Shown here piece after piece: positions 15,246-23,430 of a stretch of DNA of 33,651 bases. Every line of letters starts with the position of its first letter. The first letter of the stretch is position 1. The position numbers and the translations under genes are program-made. The notes under the pieces were generated by a model. The model saw only the letters and a list, made by a program, of their open reading frames with translations, had not been told where the DNA came from and searched no databases. Source of the DNA: Candidatus Aenigmatarchaeota archaeon (lineage in GTDB: Archaea > Aenigmatarchaeota > Aenigmatarchaeia > GW2011-AR5); contig JAZDJX010000035.1 in NCBI GenBank assembly GCA_043803505.1, positions 1 through 33,651 of the forward strand, written 5' to 3'.

Positions 15246-16202
15246 CTAAACAGGGCAGTTATCGCATGTCACCTGTTCAGGTAGCACCCTGAAAGAATAT
15301 ATACCCAGCAACATGTCATAGCATCTCTTGTCAAAATCCACCATATCTCTTTCCCAGCAGTCATTGACACCTTCAGCGGGTTTTTTCCATAAGGATATTA
15401 ACATTTCATCACCAGCATCTTTCCATTCGCCGCCCATTTCAATGAGTTCAATGATGAATTTAGGTTCCCTTACCTCGCATCCTTTTTCAGGGTATGTAAA
15501 ACCTTCAAGCGTTATTTTAACCTCACCTTTACACAAATCAAAACTTTTTTCGCATTTTGACATGTCTTCTCCCTGTTTATCGCAATCAATACTTTTATCC
15601 TTCAGACGAAACCACGACTCAATGTATTTCACAGCTTTGTCATCTTTGCATTCAATAGTCATGACAGCAAGGCATTCTACAATGTCTTTTTCAATGAATT
15701 CCAGATTATTCAGTTGTTTTAGCCTCATGACAGCAAAGCTGTCAAGCACAATACCCTCACCCTCGCTCAGTTTTCCTTGGTATAATGCGCTTCTTTGTGT
15801 TCCTATCCGTCTGTTGGTTGTCAGCGGTGCCTCTTTGCTTCTTAGAGTAAATTTTCCAAGATAAAAGGCAGCATCATTTTTTTTGAGATTTATTATATCT
15901 GGATTATGCACTTTGGTGCCTTTGAACAGCATAGAAACAGTTGCTTCTGTGTCCTGTGAAGACTTGAAGCCTGCTGAAAGATTTATTTCATATGAATAAT
16001 CCGATACAAATCTGCTAGCTTTCATATTTGCTGATGGAGTGCCGACAAGCTTGACAATGCCTGAAAATTTCTCTACAACACCTATTGCTTTTGGGTCTTT
16101 GATTGGCTGATTAAAGCCCTCGGCAAACAGGACGGTTGCAATGACGAGAACAATAAGGACTGTTATGATACTTACCAGAACTTTTTGAATTATCTCAACC
16201 AT
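15246..16202 (-). CDS. N-terminally anchored pilin-like/surface protein (M-V-E-I N-terminus), Cys-rich
   Basis: The track starts at TTG 16217. ATG 16202 gives MVEIIQKVLVSIITVLIVLVIATVLF. The C-terminal part is Cys-rich (about 12 Cys). Confidence 0.7.
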   Translation of the reverse strand: MVEIIQKVLVSIITVLIVLVIATVLFAEGFNQPIKDPKAIGVVEKFSGIVKLVGTPSANMKASRFVSDYSYEINLSAGFKSSQDTEATVSMLFKGTKVHNPDIINLKKNDAAFYLGKFTLRSKEAPLTTNRRIGTQRSALYQGKLSEGEGIVLDSFAVMRLKQLNNLEFIEKDIVECLAVMTIECKDDKAVKYIESWFRLKDKSIDCDKQGEDMSKCEKSFDLCKGEVKITLEGFTYPEKGCEVREPKFIIELIEMGGEWKDAGDEMLISLWKKPAEGVNDCWERDMVDFDKRCYDMLLGIYSFRVLPEQVTCDNCPV

Positions 16203-16206
16203 TACA

Positions 16207-16374
16207 TCAGCCGCCAAATATTCTCGCTATAAGGTCCATCAGTCCGAAACCAGTGCGCGAGGCATGGCTTGACATGTCAGCATAGGCATTGCTCGCCACC
16301 ATAATCATGACAGCAGCGACTATGATAGCCAACAATATTTTATATACAGCAGCAATCATAATTCCCTTTTGCAT
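16207..16374 (-). CDS. Small pilin-like protein (55 aa), not in the ORF track
   Basis: My translation: MQKG|IMIAAVYKILLAIIVAAVMIMVASNAYADMSSHASRTGFGLMDLIARIFGG*. It has a class-III-like KG followed by a hydrophobic helix. Its stop lies 4 nt before the next ATG. Confidence 0.45.
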   Translation of the reverse strand: MQKGIMIAAVYKILLAIIVAAVMIMVASNAYADMSSHASRTGFGLMDLIARIFGG

Positions 16375-16375
16375 G

Positions 16376-16528
16376 TTATCTACCCCTTATAACAGCGGTT
16401 ACGTTTCCAAAGAATGCCTCTGTATTTTTTGATGTAAAAGCTACCATAAGTACAAGCGCAAATAAAAAAAACAGAATCCAGATTATCTGTGTCTGACTAA
16501 GACCAAGTACTTCAGCAGCTTCACTCAT
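16376..16528 (-). CDS. Small hydrophobic protein (50 aa), not in the ORF track
   Basis: My translation: MSEAAEVLGLSQTQIIWILFFLFALVLMVAFTSKNTEAFFGNVTAVIRGR*. First gene of the minus-strand operon. Its stop is 1 nt from the next ATG. Confidence 0.4.
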   Translation of the reverse strand: MSEAAEVLGLSQTQIIWILFFLFALVLMVAFTSKNTEAFFGNVTAVIRGR

Positions 16529-16645
16529 ATTACCTATATGATTTCGGTTTTATTAATGCTTTTTCTGTCGCTGTCATAAAAAAATAAGCCTAATCCAACT
16601 GAACATACTATAACTTTATTTATGCGGTTCGCTATATATTGATTC

Positions 16646-16777
16646 ATGAGAATGGAATATATTGTTATAAGTTTCATCCTGATGCTTGTTGTGCTTGTGG
16701 CACTCGTTTCATTTGGAAAAAACATTGTTCCAATGTTTTCTCAGGCAATGAAAGGTTTCATTGACATGATAGGCTAG
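16646..16777 (+). CDS. Small hydrophobic protein (43 aa), not in the ORF track
   Basis: My translation: MRMEYIVISFILMLVVLVALVSFGKNIVPMFSQAMKGFIDMIG*. First gene of the plus-strand operon. Its stop abuts the next gene. Confidence 0.4.
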   Translation: MRMEYIVISFILMLVVLVALVSFGKNIVPMFSQAMKGFIDMIG

Positions 16778-16786
16778 GTGAATACC

Positions 16787-18349
16787 ATGAAAGGCGGAGA
16801 ATATGCAATGGTAGAATTTTTTGTAGAGATGGTATTCATTGTTCTGCTCTTTCTTTTCGTTTACAATATTGTTTTAACGCTTGCAAATCCGGACATGCAG
16901 ATCGCCTTTCTGAATTCAGAACTTCTTGCATCAAAAATGGGCGAAGCATGTACAAACGACAAAGCAACACTTGACGGCTTCCAGCTTTCACAACCAAAAC
17001 CGTCAAACACGGTTACATCGGTGCTCAACATGGCTTCCAGCGGCGCAGCCACTGAGTTTTTTTCAAAGATAATGCTTGCAAGGTCATCAGATCCACACTT
17101 CCTGCTTTATTACGAGGCATTTCCATTTGGTGAATCTGTCGGATGGGATGTCTACCAGAACAATCGTAATATATTGTTCGCACCATTTGAGGTCGATGGG
17201 ACAGAAATAAAATCAAGCGTTTTTGAAGACAGGTTGTGGAGGAATTCTGATTATAATTTTCTGAACAGGACGTATACATCAGCCAAGGAAAAGATTTCTA
17301 ATGTAGGAGAAGAATTCAAAGAAGATAATGCTGAGTCAGTAGGTGCTGATATAATGGTTTATACTACAAATATAATGCTTGACGACAGACTCAACGCAAT
17401 ACCCACAGAGGAGCCCGAGCAGCTCTCCAAGACGTTCAAGAGGGAAGAAACAGGCAACCTTGGAAAATGGCAGAATGACGATTTCTATAAATTTTTCGGC
17501 TATGCAAGTCTCAAGACAGAAGAACAGATGGCTGTCAAGTACAGACCATGCGGTGTTAATTCTCTTTGTTTAAAAACAAGGGAAGGTGTCCATAGATTCA
17601 AGCTTGATGATGCATGTAAGAATATAAAATATGTGGAATTGGTTTATGATTCAACACACGCAACCATGAGCATAGTTAATGCATTGGAGGGTGGAGGGTC
17701 ATTAATAGCTGGAACGACCGTGACTATTGCGCTTCTTCTCAGATGGCAACCAAGAGCAGCTTCATTAATGGCCGCGCTCACGACATATGCTGGAGCAAAA
17801 TACGGCAAAGAAATGTTTTCAAACATACTAGGATACAAGAACTCTGATTTTTATTCAGCAAGCCCATGCAACATTAAGAGCAAGATAGAGATAAAGAAAA
17901 TAAGCTGTGCTGATATCAAGTGCAGCAAACTCATGAAATATCCTATATACAAGTACAGTAATGATGGGCAGAATGTAAATAAGGTTGGCGAACATTATAC
18001 ATGCATGCAGAACATAGGTGAAAATTTCGATTATGATAAATTAGACTCACAAAATATAGATGGCGACTGCATGCAGATAAAGGTCAGTGAGGTATACAAT
18101 GACTTCTGCTGGACGCCAGACCCATATTCACCAGCTTTATGGTCTAGCTTAAAAGATACTTTTAAAACACTAACAGGAAACATAGTTCATTCATTTCCAG
18201 TAAAAAAGAACACAGAATTCATGTTACTTGATGGTGTGAGCGCTGTTATGCTCAAGCCAGTTCCAGAAAGTTTTTCAAAAGCAGGTTTCTGGAAGACAAC
18301 TTTTGACCTTGACTGGCGCTGGCCCATGGGATATCTAGCACCAGGATGA
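16787..18349 (+). CDS. Large pilin-like/surface protein (class-III-like MKGG signal, then MVEFF helix)
   Basis: The track starts at GTG 16778. ATG 16787 gives MKGGEYAMVEFFVEMVFIVLLFLFVYNIVL. The ~490-aa extracellular part has a second hydrophobic stretch (GGGSLIAGTTVTIALLL) and many Cys. Confidence 0.75.
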   Translation: MKGGEYAMVEFFVEMVFIVLLFLFVYNIVLTLANPDMQIAFLNSELLASKMGEACTNDKATLDGFQLSQPKPSNTVTSVLNMASSGAATEFFSKIMLARSSDPHFLLYYEAFPFGESVGWDVYQNNRNILFAPFEVDGTEIKSSVFEDRLWRNSDYNFLNRTYTSAKEKISNVGEEFKEDNAESVGADIMVYTTNIMLDDRLNAIPTEEPEQLSKTFKREETGNLGKWQNDDFYKFFGYASLKTEEQMAVKYRPCGVNSLCLKTREGVHRFKLDDACKNIKYVELVYDSTHATMSIVNALEGGGSLIAGTTVTIALLLRWQPRAASLMAALTTYAGAKYGKEMFSNILGYKNSDFYSASPCNIKSKIEIKKISCADIKCSKLMKYPIYKYSNDGQNVNKVGEHYTCMQNIGENFDYDKLDSQNIDGDCMQIKVSEVYNDFCWTPDPYSPALWSSLKDTFKTLTGNIVHSFPVKKNTEFMLLDGVSAVMLKPVPESFSKAGFWKTTFDLDWRWPMGYLAPG

Positions 18350-18386
18350 AAATATTAACAAGAAATTCATACAAAAATTTTATTCT

Positions 18387-18529
18387 ATAGCCATCCAAAG
18401 AAATAAACATGATAAGATACCTTTGGTGACTACATGACGAAACTTTGTTTCGTCTGTACAGGTAAAGCCATGCTTTACCATGTATATGTGAACCAAATAA
18501 ATAATACCGACAAAACTTATTTGATTCAC
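18387..18529. repeat. Four-hairpin intergenic element (type B/C)
   Basis: hp0 pairs CCAAAG (18395-400) with CTTTGG (18421-26), with outer CA/TG and TAG/CTA pairs. After CAT, hp1 pairs GACGAAAC with GTTTCGTC around a ttt loop (18436-54). After TGTACA, hp2 pairs GGTAAAGC with GCTTTACC around a cat loop (18461-79). After ATGTATAT, hp3 pairs GTGAACCAAATAA (18488-500) with TTATTTGATTCAC (18517-29). Confidence 0.75.
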
Positions 18530-18588
18530 ATTATCTGTTTCACAAACTTTATTTATCAAGTTCTCCATATAGCATTACAGGTATACTA

Positions 18589-18996
18589 ATGAAAGGCATG
18601 ATGCTCAGCGCGCTGATTGTAATCGTGGTTGTAGGACTACTGCTGATTTATTTGGTATCGAGTATATTCGGCTCTGTTGCCTTGGTGACACAGACTTCTG
18701 CAAGGCTGAATGCCGAGAACGTCGCAGGCATAATAAACATGCTCATGACATCCTCAGAGCAAGCCACACAAAAATATATCATGCCAAAAATAGACTGCAC
18801 ACTCTCAATAAAAAACGGGTTTGTGGATTTTACTGTTAGAGGAAAACAGAATGAAATATGGATAATGCCGTATCTTAGGAGCAACATAGCTGTAGGAGAG
18901 CTGATAGAAAATTGCAATGCCCAGGCAGAAAAAGAACTGTATTTTACAAAATGTACAGATATGATTTTTATAGGATCCAGTCCTGTCGTATGTTGA
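18589..18996 (+). CDS. Class-III signal peptide (type IV pilin-like) protein
   Basis: MKG|MMLSALIVIVVVGLLLIYLVSSIFG, followed by a ~105-aa globular part with 4 Cys. Confidence 0.75.
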   Translation: MKGMMLSALIVIVVVGLLLIYLVSSIFGSVALVTQTSARLNAENVAGIINMLMTSSEQATQKYIMPKIDCTLSIKNGFVDFTVRGKQNEIWIMPYLRSNIAVGELIENCNAQAEKELYFTKCTDMIFIGSSPVVC

Positions 18997-19019
18997 AATC
19001 ATAATTGATGTGATGATGA

Positions 19020-19916
19020 ATGAAAAGACCGACATTCGTAGAAATTATGTCCTGGGTGCTGATTGTAATGGTAGTCATTATAGTCATGTTTTCTCTTATC
19101 GGCATCATGATAGACTTAAGGCCGACTGTTCAGTACAACATGGCTGAAAAATCTGTAGCCGAGATTTCTGAGAATTTGCTAAGCTCAGAATTAACAAATT
19201 CATATTCTGTTTTCAGCAGCGAAAAACTTTCAGCCCTGCATGGAAAAAATATAGAGACGGCAAGGGACTGCAGATATGGTTATGAAGTAACTTTTATTTG
19301 CCTTGACAAAAATAAGTGCAAAAGCCTTGATGTTGATGGAAATGACATTAACGGCAAATACAGTTTCGGATACAAAGAGGGATGGAGTTCCGGTATAATA
19401 GAGTCCATTGATCCTGTATCAAGAAGCGAGTACATTGTTGCCATCGAGGCACATGATGAAATTATACCGGCAAAAATGACCATTGAAATTTACGATACGC
19501 CACTGACAAGAACAGCCTGCATGATAGAAACAGCATATTCATTAAGGAAAACCCAGGAGGCAAGATGTGTCAGGTTTGACAAGGGCGGTGCATGCATAAT
19601 GCCTGCAGAAATAGGATTTGTACCAGGAATCGATATCAATTCATATGCAAAAGATGGCGATAAATTATGCGTTGTGAAGGATGTTAAAAAACGCAACTAC
19701 GAATTTGATGCATGCAGATACATGCCTGGTGTTGATTATTTAAATTTCATAATTGTGGAGCAGGTATCCAACATAAAAAAGATAAAGGCAGTTCCATTGA
19801 AAAACGTGCCTGATATTAACAGCAAGGTTACAAGTATACTGTGCAAAAATATTCCTGCCGATGTTTTGGCAGCTGAAACAGACTCGGATATTATTATTGC
19901 TTTGTGTGTGGAGTGA
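19020..19916 (+). CDS. N-terminally anchored pilin-like/surface protein (KRPTFVEIM N-terminus), Cys-rich
   Basis: MKRPTFVEIMSWVLIVMVVIIVMFSLIGIM. The extracellular part has about 10 Cys. It sits 23 nt after the previous gene. Confidence 0.7.
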   Translation: MKRPTFVEIMSWVLIVMVVIIVMFSLIGIMIDLRPTVQYNMAEKSVAEISENLLSSELTNSYSVFSSEKLSALHGKNIETARDCRYGYEVTFICLDKNKCKSLDVDGNDINGKYSFGYKEGWSSGIIESIDPVSRSEYIVAIEAHDEIIPAKMTIEIYDTPLTRTACMIETAYSLRKTQEARCVRFDKGGACIMPAEIGFVPGIDINSYAKDGDKLCVVKDVKKRNYEFDACRYMPGVDYLNFIIVEQVSNIKKIKAVPLKNVPDINSKVTSILCKNIPADVLAAETDSDIIIALCVE

Positions 19917-19920
19917 TTTC

Positions 19921-20754
19921 ATGGGAGTAATACTTCCGGTAATGTCGCTGACGCTTGTGCTGGTAATAGGCATATCAAGCCTGCTTGTCGGCATGATAGG
20001 CTACATTATATTTTCTCTGCCGTCAACAGGAGGCGGAAAAACAACATATAGTTTTGAATTTCTTGGCATGATTTCAAGGTCATTCTCAATTGCAAATATA
20101 ATTTCTGATGTGAATATTTATGATAGAACATTTCTTGAGCAGGCAATAGAATCAATGGCAACAGGCTCCACAGAAAATGGGAATGCAAATCCAATGTCAA
20201 TATCAGTTTTTATTGACAAATACGACATGCGTTTTTATAGCATTTCAATAGAAAAAGGTGGTAATGAAATATTTAACACAGACAATCTACCAAGAAAATG
20301 TGGAGGAAATGGCATATGTGTTCCTCAGTATGACGATGTAGAAAATTGCGGTGTCGGCAGGATAAAAATAGACGACAAAGAAACGTGCAAGAAATCAGAG
20401 CTTTGTTGCGAGGAAAATGAAAAAGCATATACGGAAACCAAAAATTCTTACACTATAGTCAAATGTGGCATAGGTGGAATCTGCACAACTGGTTATCATA
20501 TGGAAACGCTTACAGAAGCAGGCATAGAATATTCAGAAAGTTTTTGCGAGCCAGGCAGGATACCTATCGAAGAAAAAAGTAATGAATGTCATGTTGCCAA
20601 TAATGGTAATACACCTTTGTGCTGCAGGCCATTGACATTAATTACAAGTGCTTCAGAAACAGGAAATCTGGCACAGATTCCACTGCTTTTCAGGGGAATA
20701 AATGCACCCGAGCCATCATTTGGTTATGTGAATGTTATTACAGATGATAGATGA
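19921..20754 (+). CDS. N-terminally anchored surface protein with two Cys-knot-like repeats (KCG..GIC...GRI.I...C...LCC)
   Basis: The track frame starts at 19861 inside the previous gene. ATG 19921, 4 nt after the upstream stop, gives MGVILPVMSLTLVLVIGISSLLVGMIGYIIF. The two Cys modules are at aa 126-163 and 181-235. Confidence 0.7.
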   Translation: MGVILPVMSLTLVLVIGISSLLVGMIGYIIFSLPSTGGGKTTYSFEFLGMISRSFSIANIISDVNIYDRTFLEQAIESMATGSTENGNANPMSISVFIDKYDMRFYSISIEKGGNEIFNTDNLPRKCGGNGICVPQYDDVENCGVGRIKIDDKETCKKSELCCEENEKAYTETKNSYTIVKCGIGGICTTGYHMETLTEAGIEYSESFCEPGRIPIEEKSNECHVANNGNTPLCCRPLTLITSASETGNLAQIPLLFRGINAPEPSFGYVNVITDDR

Positions 20755-22595
20755 TTGTAATGAACAGCAATAAAGGTGATGCTAACATAATGCTCGCATT
20801 GGTCGGCATAATCTTCATAATTTTCATGCTTATCATTGTGCTGTCATCAGCATTTGGCGAGAACATAAAAAGGCACAAGATGATTTTTGACGAAGTCGGC
20901 ATAATGAAAGCAAAAAATACATTTGTTCTGTTAAACAGAAGCCTTACCGAGACATGGCGCATCTCATCAGCACAGGCAATTTACAATACAGGCGATGAAA
21001 GCATCGGCTGCGGGGCTGATGGTGATTTGGCTAAGGGCGATTTGGTTTATGGCTATTGGTATCAGTATAATCCTGCATCTGAAAAAACACCTTCATGCGC
21101 TGATAAAAATCCAGATGGAACAAACGATTGCAAGCTAAATGATGACGGAACAAACCGCTATCCTTATCCGAGATTGTCAGATGAAAAATACAATTATGCT
21201 GGTTATAATCCAAGAATATGTTTTCCACATGCCACACATCTTGTAAGTTATCTGGATGAAAAATTCAAGCCATACAAAAACATATCAAAAGAATTCGAGG
21301 CCAATAGTGCTAATGTAAAAATATCAAATATAAACAACAAATTCATCCTCACAGAAAACAATAAACTTGTAAATGATGTAACACAGGACATTTCCATAGA
21401 GCTTGGAAAGACAACAATAAAATCAAGCCCAGAATATAAAATAATTTTTGGTCCAGAGGTCTCAGACATTCTCTATGGTGGATGGATGGCAACACAACTT
21501 TTCCTGTCATTCTCAGATTCAATAACAGATGACAAAAATTTTTATAATGATGAAAGGACAAAAGATCCAGCCTATAATTATGGTTTGAGATATCAGAGTA
21601 TTTATGATGACAATCCCGATACAAAGGACTCATATGAAAAAAGAATTAAAGACGAAATCATCAACAAATCAATACTGCTGGAAAAAACACCACAAGCCAA
21701 GTTTAGTATTGATTTCAATGATTTTGAACTCATAGCGCACAATGAAAGCTATAAAATTTTAAGTTCCGTTACCCCGCCTTCAGGAACCACATATAAAACT
21801 GGTTTGATTCTTCATTATGATGCAACAGTCAGAATAACAGGAGAAAAAGGTATTGAAGCTGCAAATTGCATTGAGCCTAGCGATGACACAAAGAGCACCC
21901 TAGATGAAAAAGTAAATGGTGTTGACAATGCATGGCAGTTTGGAGATAAAAAATATACAAATGAAGAAATTGTCCAGCTTGTTGAGGCAATAATGCAGGT
22001 GAAGGATGGGCGATTTAATATGGATAGTAACAGGGAATCAAGCAACATAAAAGCAGCTATTGAATATATCCACGATTTATTTGATAAGTTGAAAAATGAT
22101 GCAAACAATGAAGAGAATATGATAAAGTTCGTTATCGCTGCATATGATTCTAACTGCGGTGAAGACTGCGTCAATAACGCTCGTGATATTGCAAGGGATG
22201 CCGGAAAAACAGACATATGGAATTACAATGAGATAAGCTCATTTTTGCCAGCAGAAACGCAGAATTATGTTGCAAAGGTACTCGGAAATTACATATGCTA
22301 CGGCGGCTTTGTAAGTTCCTCAGCAAATTATTATTTCAACGAGGAAAAGAATAAATTTTACAAAAAACCGTTTTCTCTTGTATTCAAAGTAGAGGACTAC
22401 CTGCCTGCCATTGATTGCAATATGCCGGCAACATATTTTTCATATATTACTGAAAATAGAAATGACCTGCTCTGCTGTGACGGCGTATTCTACTCTTGCA
22501 ATGTAGAAGGATTAGGAGGCAATAATATTCCTGTTGGCAATTCAGCTGATTGCATTGACGGTCAGTTTCAATGCAATGATAATGGCTTCGCCTAA
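20751..22595 (+). CDS. Large (614 aa) pilin-like protein with a degenerate SLT-like module
   Basis: ATGA overlap with the upstream stop. N-terminus is MIVMNSNKG|DANIMLALVGIIFIIFMLIIVL. At aa ~403-515: LVEAIMQVKDGRFN...NIKAAIEYIHDL...VIAAYDSNCG...LPAETQNYVAKVLGNY. The C-terminus is Cys-rich with LLCC. Confidence 0.8.
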   Translation: MIVMNSNKGDANIMLALVGIIFIIFMLIIVLSSAFGENIKRHKMIFDEVGIMKAKNTFVLLNRSLTETWRISSAQAIYNTGDESIGCGADGDLAKGDLVYGYWYQYNPASEKTPSCADKNPDGTNDCKLNDDGTNRYPYPRLSDEKYNYAGYNPRICFPHATHLVSYLDEKFKPYKNISKEFEANSANVKISNINNKFILTENNKLVNDVTQDISIELGKTTIKSSPEYKIIFGPEVSDILYGGWMATQLFLSFSDSITDDKNFYNDERTKDPAYNYGLRYQSIYDDNPDTKDSYEKRIKDEIINKSILLEKTPQAKFSIDFNDFELIAHNESYKILSSVTPPSGTTYKTGLILHYDATVRITGEKGIEAANCIEPSDDTKSTLDEKVNGVDNAWQFGDKKYTNEEIVQLVEAIMQVKDGRFNMDSNRESSNIKAAIEYIHDLFDKLKNDANNEENMIKFVIAAYDSNCGEDCVNNARDIARDAGKTDIWNYNEISSFLPAETQNYVAKVLGNYICYGGFVSSSANYYFNEEKNKFYKKPFSLVFKVEDYLPAIDCNMPATYFSYITENRNDLLCCDGVFYSCNVEGLGGNNIPVGNSADCIDGQFQCNDNGFA

Positions 22596-22640
22596 AAAAA
22601 TTTATATCGCAGTCCAAATAAATTAGTATTTTTTTGTGCT

Positions 22641-23288
22641 CTACTGGTAGCTTTCAATCGCCATGCCCTGTTTTTCCTTCATCTCATGTATCATATGAGA
22701 AAGCGATTCGATGTTTTTTGTCAGCGATGGCAAAAATTGTCTGAATGCCTTTTCAAGCCCGCCTATGCGCGCTTCAAGTTCATCAAGCCTTGTAAGCAAT
22801 TCATCTGACGGCCCCTGCATCGTAATAGGCTCTTTTTTTATGTTTTCTATCTTCAGGTCATATTGTTTTACGCCAGATTGCAGAGCATTCATGTTGTCCT
22901 CAATCCTTTTCATTCTATCCTCGAATTTTACCCATTTTTCTTCTATGACACCTTCAACAAGATCTTCTATAATAGCTTCAGGTGACTCTGTTTCTTCTTC
23001 CAATTCAGACAATCCCATCTCTTCAATTAGTTCTGATTTCTTTGGCTCCCCGAACAATTCTTCTTCCGGGGTTTTCATTTGTTCAATTCTCGGAGGTTCA
23101 AATCTTTGTTCCTGCGATGAAACACCCTTTCTGACAGCCTCGAGCATTGCACTTTCTATGCTCTCGTACGAATAGCCCTTCTTTTTCATCATTTTTATTA
23201 TCTCTTTGTCAGCCATGCCCTTCTGCATCATTTGTTGTATTTCCTCAGGCGAAACAGACCCGATGCTCTTTTTCTTTCCAAATAACAT
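22641..23288 (-). CDS. Acidic coiled-coil protein, hypothetical
   Basis: 215 aa with a Lys-rich N-terminus, a Glu-rich linker and heptad-like C-terminal half (LTRLDELEARIGGLEKAFRQF). It is divergent from the ATPase operon. No family recognised. Confidence 0.6.
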   Translation of the reverse strand: MLFGKKKSIGSVSPEEIQQMMQKGMADKEIIKMMKKKGYSYESIESAMLEAVRKGVSSQEQRFEPPRIEQMKTPEEELFGEPKKSELIEEMGLSELEEETESPEAIIEDLVEGVIEEKWVKFEDRMKRIEDNMNALQSGVKQYDLKIENIKKEPITMQGPSDELLTRLDELEARIGGLEKAFRQFLPSLTKNIESLSHMIHEMKEKQGMAIESYQ

Positions 23289-23430
23289 GCTATCACTTCA
23301 AACAATACATTATTTTGTCTACTATTTATTTGTTTGCTTGTGCCATAAAAACTTAATAAACGGGCTTAATGAATAATTATTATAGTAAGGGAATGATGAT
23401 TTACCAAGAGTATAACAGTTAGATTTATGA

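Noticed and set aside
14461-18529. The two four-hairpin elements as ends of a ~4-kb mobile element or MITE pair
   Set aside because: The copies share structure and linkers but not stem sequence. No target-site duplication or transposase/integrase gene is present, and the enclosed genes are integral to the pilin-like operons.
18380-18568. 62-aa minus-strand ORF
   Set aside because: It coincides with the four-hairpin intergenic element, so its openness is explained by palindromic sequence. It has no start context or recognisable protein features.
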